Source: Candidatus Micrarchaeota archaeon (GTDB lineage Archaea > Micrarchaeota > Micrarchaeia > Micrarchaeales > CABMGC01). Taken from it: a DNA stretch of 56,546 nucleotides. The translations under genes were made by a program, and so were the position numbers. Position 1 is the first letter of the stretch. Each line of letters begins with the position of its first letter. Below the pieces are notes generated by a model. The model was not told the DNA's origin, searched no databases, and saw only the letters and a program-made list of their open reading frames with translations. The stretch lies in the NCBI GenBank assembly GCA_027314605.1, contig DAHVAM010000001.1, positions 1-56,546 on the forward strand, read 5' to 3'. Shown here piece after piece: positions 9,162 to 17,253 of the stretch.

Positions 9162-10139
9162 TTGATGGCACTGAACGTAGGGGAGTACATCATATCCTTG
9201 GACTGCGGCGAGCCAGACGCGAACGTAAACTTCGTCTCCCATGCCCATTCCGACCATACCTCCGGGCTAAGGAAGGACAGGAAGGTAATAGCAAGCAAGG
9301 TCACAAAGGAGCTCGTCGAGGCAAGGAACCCGAGGAAGAAGATAGAGCTGATCGATAACCTGAGATCGGTGGAGCTCCTCAATGCCGGTCACATCCTGGG
9401 GTCCAAGCAGCTCTATGCCGAGTCGGACGAGCTGGGATCCTCTGTAATATACAGCGGAGACTACCAGATGGACTGCTCCCTTGTCGCCGAGCCCATAGAG
9501 ACGAAAAAGGCCGACATCCTCATAATAGACTCCACATACCCTAACAAGACTGATGTATTCGGCGACAGGGCGGAGACAACAGCCGCAATCCAATCATACC
9601 TGAAGATCAAGCTCGAGAGAGGCATAGTCCTGTTCAGCTCCTACGCCCTGGGAAAATCGCAGGAGATAACCAAGATAGCCAACGAGATCGGGATATGCCC
9701 CATTGTAGACAAGAGAATATCCATGATAAACCAGATCTATTCGAACAACGGCATGAAGCTCGACTACGCGTCCTTGGAAGGTGACGACGGAGAGCTTGAC
9801 CTTATAGCCAGGGAGAATTTCCTGGGAATAACGAGCTCACACAATATCCATGGGATAGCGCAAAAGCTCTCGCATGCGTATGGCAAGAGGGTATACACCG
9901 CCATAGCAAGCGGCTTTGCCAAAAGCTACAATCTCGGCGTCGACGTCCAGTTCCCGTTGAGCGACCACGCGGGATTCGACCAGGCGCTAGAATACATCGA
10001 GGCGTGCAGCCCAAAGGAGATATATACGAGAGGCAGCGCCGAATGCTCACAGAAATTCGCGAAAAACCTCGCCTCCGAAGGATACAACGCAGCGGTCTTC
10101 ACCGGAAGGATCGGAATACCCATCACCAACAAGTCATAG
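9162..10139 (+). CDS. metallo-beta-lactamase fold / beta-CASP-like nuclease (short form)
   Basis: VSHAHSDHTSGL (HxHxDH), NAGHILGS, IIDSTY (beta-CASP motif A-like Asp) and PLSDHAGF (motif B-like His). Its size of about 325 aa resembles short beta-CASP exonucleases. Confidence 0.7.
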   Translation: MMALNVGEYIISLDCGEPDANVNFVSHAHSDHTSGLRKDRKVIASKVTKELVEARNPRKKIELIDNLRSVELLNAGHILGSKQLYAESDELGSSVIYSGDYQMDCSLVAEPIETKKADILIIDSTYPNKTDVFGDRAETTAAIQSYLKIKLERGIVLFSSYALGKSQEITKIANEIGICPIVDKRISMINQIYSNNGMKLDYASLEGDDGELDLIARENFLGITSSHNIHGIAQKLSHAYGKRVYTAIASGFAKSYNLGVDVQFPLSDHAGFDQALEYIEACSPKEIYTRGSAECSQKFAKNLASEGYNAAVFTGRIGIPITNKS

Positions 10140-10185
10140 CGCTCTGAAAAAGATATTTATAGCATTCCTCTTCACTATCTCTTGA

Positions 10186-11115
10186 ATGGAGTCTCCTGAA
10201 TCACTAAATCAGAAAAGCATGCGAGAGAGGCTTGAGCTTGTGGTCAAGGAAGGGTCGCAGGCAAAGGTCATACTCCTTCTGCGGGAGATCAAGAGGACAC
10301 TCGAGACAAGGCAGGTCTTTCTGAACCTGAACAAGGGAATAATAAACTACCTCTACGCCGTCGGCGCGCTTGCGTACGCATGCAGGGAGATAAGCGCCGA
10401 GAGGGCTGAGCGCCTTCTCGTATCCTTGAAGATCGCCCCGGCCAGCCAGATGCTCGAGGCGCTGCGCTCCATGAACTACAGGAACTACAACATCTACCTG
10501 AACATAATCTACATGCTTGCGGCGGTGGGCATGGAGCAGACAATAGAGAACGTCTCGAAGATGATGTACGCGATGGGCTTTATCCCAGACCCCGAGATCG
10601 CAGGATTCACCATAGAGTACTACAAGGAGTTCAGCTGTGGGAAGGTGGGCTACGACCTGCCCGAGCCGCAGGGCGATGTCTCTGTCGTATTCAACAAGAT
10701 GGCTGACATGGTCTTCTCGCTTTCTGCCATTACGTCAGGATTCGTGGTGAAGCAGATAGACGTGCTCATGCATGACGCCCGCGTGGCGAATTTCACCGAG
10801 AAGGAGGTGTTTCCATACATAGCCGCCTTCGGCCTGCTGACCTTCTCTGGCAAGGATGTCGAGAGGCGCTCCATGGAGAATATAGTCGGCGCCATGGGCA
10901 TAACGCCTAACGCCGCGATGCTTGACAGCATGATGGGCATGCCCCTCAAGAACCACATAATGTACATAATCGCGCTATATTTCATACGCGCCCTGGGCAC
11001 AGATCCCTCGCTTGACAGGGTCATGGCAGTCGTGAAGGCCTTGGATGTCATCCCGGACGCCAAGCTGGCGGGCTATGTCATCTCCTTCTACAAGATAGAC
11101 TGGGACTCAGGATAG
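10186..11115 (+). CDS. protein composed of four ribosomal stalk P1/P2 (L12e)-like N-terminal domains, no acidic tail
   Basis: There are four repeats: YLYAVGALAYACREISAERAERLLVSLKIAP, IIYMLAAVGMEQTIENVSKMMYAMGFIPDPE, YIAAFGLLTFSGKDVERRSMENIVGAMGITPN and MYIIALYFIRALGTDPSLDRVMAVVKALDVIPD. They are compared by eye with archaeal P1 [33 protein letters not shown]. Confidence 0.6.
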   Translation: MESPESLNQKSMRERLELVVKEGSQAKVILLLREIKRTLETRQVFLNLNKGIINYLYAVGALAYACREISAERAERLLVSLKIAPASQMLEALRSMNYRNYNIYLNIIYMLAAVGMEQTIENVSKMMYAMGFIPDPEIAGFTIEYYKEFSCGKVGYDLPEPQGDVSVVFNKMADMVFSLSAITSGFVVKQIDVLMHDARVANFTEKEVFPYIAAFGLLTFSGKDVERRSMENIVGAMGITPNAAMLDSMMGMPLKNHIMYIIALYFIRALGTDPSLDRVMAVVKALDVIPDAKLAGYVISFYKIDWDSG

Positions 11116-11197
11116 CATCGCAGCGCATCCGGCGGTTTTCCTAACAGCCTCATGATTCATCATGCGCAGCGCACGCTTGCAGGAACGTTTCTTCCTG

Positions 11198-12463
11198 TCA
11201 GGAAATCTTCAAGACCCTCTTCTCCGCACGGGCGTATCTCTTCAGGCGCTCCCTCATTCCCTTCTTTATCTCCTCCCGCGTCCTGGCGATCCTCTCCATC
11301 CCCGTCCGTATCGCAGCCTCGGCGACAGCCGCAGCGATCTCTGCCGCGGTTTTTGGATAGCCCTTGTCAAAGACTCCCTGCAGGATGTATTCCGGGCCCA
11401 GGTTCTTTCCAGCGCCCTTCGAGGCCGCCAAGGCAGCCGCATATAGCATCTCCTCGTTTATGCCCTTCGCCCTGACATCGAGAAGCCCACGCATTATGCC
11501 TGGGAATACGAAGACATTGTTTACCTGGTTGGGCCTGTCGCTCCTTCCTGTCGCCACTATGAATGCGCCAGCACTCTTCGCATCGTCATATGTTATCTCC
11601 GGATCGGGGTTGGCGAGGGCGAACACTATGCCCTTCTCAGCCATGCCTGCGACTATCTCCTTCGTGAATGTGCCCTTCTTCGACAATCCTATGAGGACGT
11701 CTGCGCCCTTGGCGACATCTGCAAGGCTTCCGCGCATCTTTCCAAGGTTTGTCTTCTTTGCCATCATCTTCTTGAAGTCGTTCATGTCCTCGTCCCTTCC
11801 GTCGTAGACTGCTCCCCTGCTGTCGACTACGATTATGTTCTTGAAGCCTGCATGCAGCGCGAGGTTCACCACCCCTATCCCCGCTGTTCCAGCCCCGTTG
11901 ACTATTATCTTGGCATCCTTCCCTTTTCCTGCCAGCTTCACCGCATTGAGCAGCGCCGCTACAGCCACGACAGCAGTGCCCTGCTGGTCGTCATGGAAGA
12001 TAGGTATGCTCAGCATCTCCTGCGCCCTGTTGACCACGTTGAACGCCTTCGGCGACTCTATGTCCTCTATGTTTATGGCTCCGAAGGACGGGGCTATGTT
12101 CTTGAGGAACTTTAGTATCTCCTCCTCGTCAGTCGTTGCTATGCAGAGCGGCACAGCGTCTACTCCTCCGAACTTCTTGAAGAGCGCCGCCTTGCCCTCC
12201 ATCACGGGCATTCCGGCCTCGGGCCCGATGTTTCCCAGACCCAAAATCCGCGTTCCGTCTGTGACTATCGCTATCATGTTTGACCTTGCGGTGTAATCGA
12301 ACGAGAGATTCGGGTTCTCCTTTATCGCAAGGCACGGATACGCAACCCCAGGCGTGTAATACGTTGAGAGGTCATCCGCACAGTTCAGCGGCACCTTCGG
12401 CATAATCTCTATCTTGCCGTTCTTCTTCTTGTGCTCCTCTAGCGCTTTCTCTTTCTCGACCAT
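11198..12463 (-). CDS. NAD(P)-dependent malic enzyme (small, oxaloacetate-decarboxylating type)
   Basis: LSTYYTPGVAYPCLAIKENP, IVTDGTRILGLGNIGPEAGMPVMEGKAALFKKFGGVDAVPLCI and NGAGTAGIGV. At 421 aa it is typical of short prokaryotic malic enzymes. Confidence 0.92.
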   Translation of the reverse strand: MVEKEKALEEHKKKNGKIEIMPKVPLNCADDLSTYYTPGVAYPCLAIKENPNLSFDYTARSNMIAIVTDGTRILGLGNIGPEAGMPVMEGKAALFKKFGGVDAVPLCIATTDEEEILKFLKNIAPSFGAINIEDIESPKAFNVVNRAQEMLSIPIFHDDQQGTAVVAVAALLNAVKLAGKGKDAKIIVNGAGTAGIGVVNLALHAGFKNIIVVDSRGAVYDGRDEDMNDFKKMMAKKTNLGKMRGSLADVAKGADVLIGLSKKGTFTKEIVAGMAEKGIVFALANPDPEITYDDAKSAGAFIVATGRSDRPNQVNNVFVFPGIMRGLLDVRAKGINEEMLYAAALAASKGAGKNLGPEYILQGVFDKGYPKTAAEIAAAVAEAAIRTGMERIARTREEIKKGMRERLKRYARAEKRVLKIS

Positions 12464-12467
12464 ATCA

Positions 12468-12872
12468 TCATCTATTCTTCTTCACCGGCACCATGAACCT
12501 GTAGAGGATAAGCCCCATTGCGATCGTGAATACCAGTGCTCCCAGTATTGATGTTTCTCTGTAGGATTCTATATTCCCGTATGCTCTACTTGCAGATTTT
12601 ACTGCCAGATTCGAGTAGAGCACTGAGCCCTGCGGCGATTTGTTGAGAAGCAGCTTCGCCGTGCCCAGGTAAGAGTACGCTTGCCTGAGGTTAGGCGTGA
12701 AGACCAGATATCCGCTGTCGTTTATCCGACTCAGATAAGCTGTGGCGTTCGAGAGCGTAGTGTTGGCCCTGGCGTAGGTATAGTTCTGGGGGCCAAGGCT
12801 CTGCGCAAAAACGGAAAACGGTGCAGCCAAAATAAAAAGCAGCACCAGAATAATCGATGCAGGTCGCATCAA
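12468..12872 (-). CDS. small secreted/membrane protein (N-terminal signal, C-terminal TM)
   Basis: MMRPASIILVLLFILAAPFSVFAQS signal-like start and a C-terminal ILGALVFTIAMGLILYRF anchor. It lies 4 nt upstream of the malic enzyme start. Confidence 0.5.
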   Translation of the reverse strand: MMRPASIILVLLFILAAPFSVFAQSLGPQNYTYARANTTLSNATAYLSRINDSGYLVFTPNLRQAYSYLGTAKLLLNKSPQGSVLYSNLAVKSASRAYGNIESYRETSILGALVFTIAMGLILYRFMVPVKKNR

Positions 12873-12885
12873 CTCATCTCCCTTA

Positions 12886-13983
12886 TCACAGATTTACGTC
12901 AATAGCCAGCTCCTGCTTCAGCTCCCTGTACCTGTTCCTGATTGTCACTTCTGTGACCCCGGCAACATCGGCTACCTCCTTCTGCGTCCTCCTCTCCCCG
13001 ACGAGCGCGCCCGCGATGTAGACTGCTGCAGCCGATACTCCAGTAGGGCTCCTTCCGCTTATCAGTCCCTTCTTCATCGCCTGCTTGAGAAGCGCCATTG
13101 CCTTCTCCTGCGCTCCTCCACTGAGCTTCAGCGCGGCAACGTATCTGGGGACGTAGCTTGACGGGTCAGTTAGCGGTATCTTGAGATTGAGCTCATGCGC
13201 TATTATCCTGTAAGTTCTGCCGATCTCCTTTTTCGAAACATTGGATATCTGCGATATCTCGTCCAATGTCCTTGGCATTCCTGCGCTCCTGCATGTTGCA
13301 TAAAGGGCCGCGTTCACTACTGTCTCTATGGGCCTGCCCCTGATGAGGTTGTTCTTAACGCACTGCCTGTACAAAAGTGCAGTCTGCTCCCTGATGTTGT
13401 CAGGCAGTCCCAGGTAGCTGGCCACTCTGTTCAACTCCGGCAGCGCGACAAGATAGTTCCTCTCGCTTGAGCTCGCAATGCTCGCCCTCCTGTGCCACTT
13501 CCTCATCCTGTACAACTGCGCCTGCCTCTTCGAGGACAGCCTTGTGCCTCTTATGTCCTTGTTGTACATGTCTATCTCTGTGACAAGCCCCTTGTTAGGC
13601 TTCATGTACTTGATAGGGGCTCCAGTCCTGGCCCTTGCGTTTCTCTGGTCTGCGTCGAAGGCCCTCCATTCCGGCCCTTCGTCAGTCATGTTCTCCTCTA
13701 TGACCAGTCCGCAGCTGTTGCAGACGTTCTCTCCCCTTTCATTGTCGAAGATTATGTCCGAGCTTCCGCAGCTGGGGCACTTCTTCAGTGCCGGCTGTGC
13801 CGTTCCCAGCCTGACTGTGGGAGGCCTCTTGACCTGCATTTCCTCAATCGGATCCGCAGTTATATCTGAAACCGCCACTCTTCCAGGCACCTCAACGCTT
13901 CCGAGGTCTGGCCTGTGGCCAGGGCTCGGAACGTCGATTCCCTCTTTTATATTCTTCCTTGAACTCTTGTTTTGCTTTGCCAT
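12886..13983 (-). CDS. tfb: transcription initiation factor IIB (TFB) with an N-terminal extension of about 65 aa
   Basis: CPSCGSSDIIFDNERGENVCNSCGLVIEE zinc ribbon, EWRAFD B-reader, and two cyclin folds (RNYLVALPELNRVASYLGLP ... RSPTGVSAAAVYIAG). An AT-rich upstream region with several TATA-like boxes spans 13990-14060. Confidence 0.95.
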   Translation of the reverse strand: MAKQNKSSRKNIKEGIDVPSPGHRPDLGSVEVPGRVAVSDITADPIEEMQVKRPPTVRLGTAQPALKKCPSCGSSDIIFDNERGENVCNSCGLVIEENMTDEGPEWRAFDADQRNARARTGAPIKYMKPNKGLVTEIDMYNKDIRGTRLSSKRQAQLYRMRKWHRRASIASSSERNYLVALPELNRVASYLGLPDNIREQTALLYRQCVKNNLIRGRPIETVVNAALYATCRSAGMPRTLDEISQISNVSKKEIGRTYRIIAHELNLKIPLTDPSSYVPRYVAALKLSGGAQEKAMALLKQAMKKGLISGRSPTGVSAAAVYIAGALVGERRTQKEVADVAGVTEVTIRNRYRELKQELAIDVNL

Positions 13984-14169
13984 GCTCTCGCCATTAACTT
14001 TTTAAATGTGATCTAAAATCAGGTACATTTATAGTAAAGAATAAGATATATAAATCTTCCTATGGTCTTCGGCGATAAAGCATCAGTCGACTTTATATAC
14101 TGTGGCTTGTTGGAAAATATACATAAATCAGACATAAAACCAACTTCCTGCGCCTTTGATTTCAAAGTA

Positions 14170-14555
14170 GGACTCGGCTGTATTGCCGCATAAACGGCCG
14201 AATGGCCATCCCGAGCCCTTTGGCTGGCCTCATCTCCTTCTCAATTTCTGTAAATGGAAATGAGGTATGGGAAAGGCAGCTGCGACGGCACTCGCATCTG
14301 CTCCAACCAACGCCCAGAATCGCGGAGTTTTGTCATCCTGAAATGCCTAACAGAACAATAATGAAGGCTACGGGCGAGATGGCGAAGCCTGCCTGCCTGG
14401 GGGCGCACAGCGGCACCGTGCCTGCGAAACAGACAGGAATCCTGCATTGGTTGGTCGCTGAACAAACGTATATGACGAAGCAGGAAGCCCTGTCATCCCT
14501 GGACAAGGGGAACGAGGGGTTTCCGTCGGTACAAAACCCCTGTCACCAATACTCT
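14170..14555 (+). ncRNA. candidate structured RNA of about 380 nt, RNase P RNA-like motifs (class not proven, ends approximate)
   Basis: A GC-normal block is bounded by AT-rich TATA-like (14091-14130) and T-rich (14556-14600) flanks. Hairpin CCUCAUCUCC(14228-37)/GGAAAUGAGG(14256-65) is followed by GGGAAAGGCAG (resembling the GGAAAGUCC CR-I). Other motifs are AUGCCUAACAGAAC (CR-II-like), GGGCGCACAG...GGCACCGUGCCUGCGAAAC (CR-III-like) and GGUACAAAACCCCUGUC (resembling ACAGAACCCGGCUUA). GGCAG(14275-79) can pair with CUGUC(14540-44). Long-range complements are CCAACCAA(14304-11)/UUGGUUGG(14447-54) and CGACGG/CCGUCG. The overlapping 125-aa ORF has atypical H/Q/P/C/W-rich composition. Confidence 0.35.
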
Positions 14556-14600
14556 ATTAGAATTATAACCAAGTTTTAAATATCTTTAAATACCTTACTC

Positions 14601-16694
14601 ATGTATTACATCTCAAATGGTTATGATATGGATACTATGGACAAAGGGATTGCCATGCCAAGCGGTAACACTCTGAAGGTTACCCAGATTGATGCTGTAC
14701 CTGAGAACCCAACGCTTGCTCCCTACCACAGGACGATAGAGGAAGTAAGCAAGATGCCGGTGCTCGAGAGGACGAAGACAGTATGTCCGGAGTGCAAGCT
14801 CATAATCGACGGAACGATCTACAAGGACGAAGAGAACGTCATGATAAGGAAGAACTGCCCCGATCACGGATGGACAGTCGAGAAGTACTGGGAAGACTAC
14901 GACATGTACATGAAGATGAGGAACTACAACTACTTCGGAAGGGGCTTTGACAATCCTAATTATGTTAATAAGGGGGAGAACTGCCCGTTCGACTGCGGAA
15001 TCTGCGAAAGGCACAAGTCGCACACAGGACTTGCCAACGTGGTCATAACGAACAGGTGCCACCTCTCATGCTGGTACTGCTTCTTCTATGCAAAGGAAGG
15101 GGAGGCGATATACGAGCCTACAAGGGATGAGCTCTTCCAGCTTTTCAAGACATTGAAAGACCAGAAGCCGATACCTGCAAACGCACTTCAGATAACAGGG
15201 GGAGAACCCCTGATGAGGAGCGACATAGTCGAGATAATCGCGGGAGCGAAGAAGGCGGGCTTTGACCAGATACAATTGAACACGACAGGGATAATCCTCG
15301 CTGAGCATCCTGAACTCGCAGTAAAGATAAGGCACGCAGGTGTCTCAACCCTTTACATGAGCTTCGACGGAGTCTCGAAGAGGGCCAATCCTAAGAACCA
15401 CTGGGAAGCTCCAAAGACGCTCGAGGTCGCGAAGAAGGCAGGAATAGGGATCGTCCTCGTTCCGACATTGATAAGGACCGTAAACGACGGAGAGATGTCG
15501 AACATAATCAACTTCGCCCTGAACAACAACGATGTCATCAAGGCGGTAAACTTCCAGCCTGTAAGCCTGGTGGGAAGGATGCCTTCAAGGATGAGGGAAA
15601 GGCAGAGGATAACCATCCCTGGCGCCATCAAGCTGATAGAGCAGCAGACGAACGGCGTCATAACAAAGGAGGACTGGTTCTCGGTGCCTTACGTGGGCGG
15701 GATAAACAAGTTCATAGAGGCGCTGACAGGAGAATACAAGTACGATCTCTCAATACACTTCGCATGCGGAGCCGGCTCGTACATCTTCCAGGAGCCGAAT
15801 GGAAAGATCGTGCCGCTCACAAGGTTCGTTGACGCCCCTGGGCTTCTAGAGCACCTCCAGGCTGCAGTAAACGAGATGGCAGGCAAGGGCAAGCTCCAGA
15901 GAAGGTACATAGCCCTCAAGGCGGTATCGCAGCTGGGAAGGTACGTAGACAAGGAGAAGCAGCCGAAGTCAGTAAACTTCTCGAAGCTTCTAATGTCGCT
16001 GATCTTGAAGCATGACTTCCAGACGATGGGCGCCTTCCAGCTGAAGTCTATGTTCCTGGGGATGATGCACTTCCAGGACGAGTATACGTACGACATCAAG
16101 AGGGTCGAGAAGTGCGACATACACTACTCAATGCCTGACGGGCGTGTCTTGCCATTCTGCACATTCAACGTATTTCCGGAAGTCTACAGAGACAAACTGC
16201 AGAGGCAGTATGCGATTCCTTCAAAGGAATGGCAGGAGATGCACCATGACTGGACGTACAGGAGCGACAAGTACATGAGGGACATAAAGACGCTCGAGTC
16301 GTCTGACGCTTACAAGAAGGTCTACGAGAAGGCGACAGACTACTTCACGCTGCCTGTCAACCTTGAGGAAGCTGAAAAGATACGCGCCGCAAGGTCGAGG
16401 GGAGAATCGACGCAGGCAAAGGTAGTAATGGCTGCGCAGTCCAAGGGCAGCTCAACCGCGCACGCTCACACCCATTCGGCAGCGCAGGGCGATGTCTCAG
16501 CGGCATTCGCCGCCAAGCTTGCTGCGGCAAGGCAGAAGCAGGAGCAAGGAGAGAGCTGCGAATGCGGAAGCTCTGCAGGCTCATGCGGCTGCGGGTCCGG
16601 ATCAGGGCACGGCCATGGCCACGAGGAGAAGGGAGGAGGCTGCGGCTGCGGAGGAGGCTCAGGATCCTGCGGATGCGGCTCAGGCGGGCAGTAA
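14601..16694 (+). CDS. radical SAM enzyme of the Tes / GDGT-MAS (tetraether lipid synthase, MJ0619-like) family with a Cys/Gly/His-rich C-terminal tail
   Basis: N-terminal CPECK...CPDHG rubredoxin-like site, auxiliary CPFDCGICERH, and the radical SAM cluster motif NRCHLSCWYCF (Cx3Cx2C). ITGGEPL, and a long C-terminal domain. The tail is ESCECGSSAGSCGCGSGSGHGHGHEEKGGGCGCGGGSGSCGCGSGGQ. The family call is from memory of MJ0619-type architecture. Confidence 0.8.
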   Translation: MYYISNGYDMDTMDKGIAMPSGNTLKVTQIDAVPENPTLAPYHRTIEEVSKMPVLERTKTVCPECKLIIDGTIYKDEENVMIRKNCPDHGWTVEKYWEDYDMYMKMRNYNYFGRGFDNPNYVNKGENCPFDCGICERHKSHTGLANVVITNRCHLSCWYCFFYAKEGEAIYEPTRDELFQLFKTLKDQKPIPANALQITGGEPLMRSDIVEIIAGAKKAGFDQIQLNTTGIILAEHPELAVKIRHAGVSTLYMSFDGVSKRANPKNHWEAPKTLEVAKKAGIGIVLVPTLIRTVNDGEMSNIINFALNNNDVIKAVNFQPVSLVGRMPSRMRERQRITIPGAIKLIEQQTNGVITKEDWFSVPYVGGINKFIEALTGEYKYDLSIHFACGAGSYIFQEPNGKIVPLTRFVDAPGLLEHLQAAVNEMAGKGKLQRRYIALKAVSQLGRYVDKEKQPKSVNFSKLLMSLILKHDFQTMGAFQLKSMFLGMMHFQDEYTYDIKRVEKCDIHYSMPDGRVLPFCTFNVFPEVYRDKLQRQYAIPSKEWQEMHHDWTYRSDKYMRDIKTLESSDAYKKVYEKATDYFTLPVNLEEAEKIRAARSRGESTQAKVVMAAQSKGSSTAHAHTHSAAQGDVSAAFAAKLAAARQKQEQGESCECGSSAGSCGCGSGSGHGHGHEEKGGGCGCGGGSGSCGCGSGGQ

Positions 16695-16714
16695 GCTTTA
16701 GTTTATTTTAAAAC

Positions 16715-16750
16715 AGCCCACGTTTGTGGGCTTCTTCTTTTTATTCTTCA
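16715..16750 (+). terminator. hairpin plus T-rich tract downstream of the radical SAM gene
   Basis: AGCCCAC-GTTT-GTGGGCT is a perfect 7-bp stem followed by TCTTCTTTTTATTCTTC, about 20 nt after the stop. Confidence 0.5.
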
Positions 16751-16864
16751 GGGAGCAGCGTAGCCGCAGGCCATCAGGTACTCCATTGCAGATTGAAAGA
16801 CAAGCCGGCGCATGCGCTCATGTCAAGCTAATTTAATAAGGGATATAAACTTGCGCCAGGATTC

Positions 16865-17245
16865 TCAGAATTTCTTTACCACGCACAGGTATCGTGTATC
16901 ATCCAGCGCGAGCGAGCACGCAAGCAGGAATATTGCCGAATCCCTCACGACTATGTCTATGTATCCTGTAAGGTAGAGGAGGGAGCCTATTATCGCGAGC
17001 ATCATCAGCGCAGCGATCACCGCGAATATCCTCAGGTAGAAACCCGAGAGCACAGCCAGGCCTATGGCGACCATCACTGCGCCGTGCAGAAGCACGGCAG
17101 TCTTGCCGCCGAGCAGCGCAATGGCTGCAGGTGGCAGGAAAGCTATCCAAGGGCCGGGGTTGGTCAGCTCCCATGTCCCAAAGACGATGAAGACAAGCGC
17201 GACGGCGATTCTCGTCAGGAGATGCCGTGCCCTGTCCCTATTCAT
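16865..17245 (-). CDS. small DoxX-like integral membrane protein
   Basis: 126 aa with four hydrophobic helices (IAVALVFIVFGTWEL..., AVLLHGAVMVAIGLAVL..., IFAVIAALMMLAIIG...). Confidence 0.5.
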   Translation of the reverse strand: MNRDRARHLLTRIAVALVFIVFGTWELTNPGPWIAFLPPAAIALLGGKTAVLLHGAVMVAIGLAVLSGFYLRIFAVIAALMMLAIIGSLLYLTGYIDIVVRDSAIFLLACSLALDDTRYLCVVKKF

Positions 17246-17253
17246 CTGAAGCT

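Noticed and set aside
14470-14530. Possible SRP RNA helix-8-like motif (GUCAUCCCUGGACAAGGGGAACGAGG)
   Set aside because: It lacks the GGAA tetraloop and the AGCA of the symmetric loop. An unambiguous SRP RNA with canonical GGCC-GGAA-GGAGCAAC and Alu-domain architecture lies at 39272-39573.
14202-14579. 125-aa ORF on the plus strand in the tfb / radical-SAM spacer
   Set aside because: Its amino-acid composition (H, Q, P, C, W-rich) is unlike all confident genes in the window. It coincides with a region full of stable helices and RNase P-like sequence blocks and has no recognisable protein motif. It is treated as an ncRNA candidate instead.
16551-16691. GC-rich GGCTGCGG/GGATGCGG repeat as a non-coding microsatellite or CRISPR-like element
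   Set aside because: It is in frame within the radical SAM ORF (encoding CGCG/GSG repeats). The units are short and imperfect, with no spacers. No CRISPR-like array is seen anywhere in the window.
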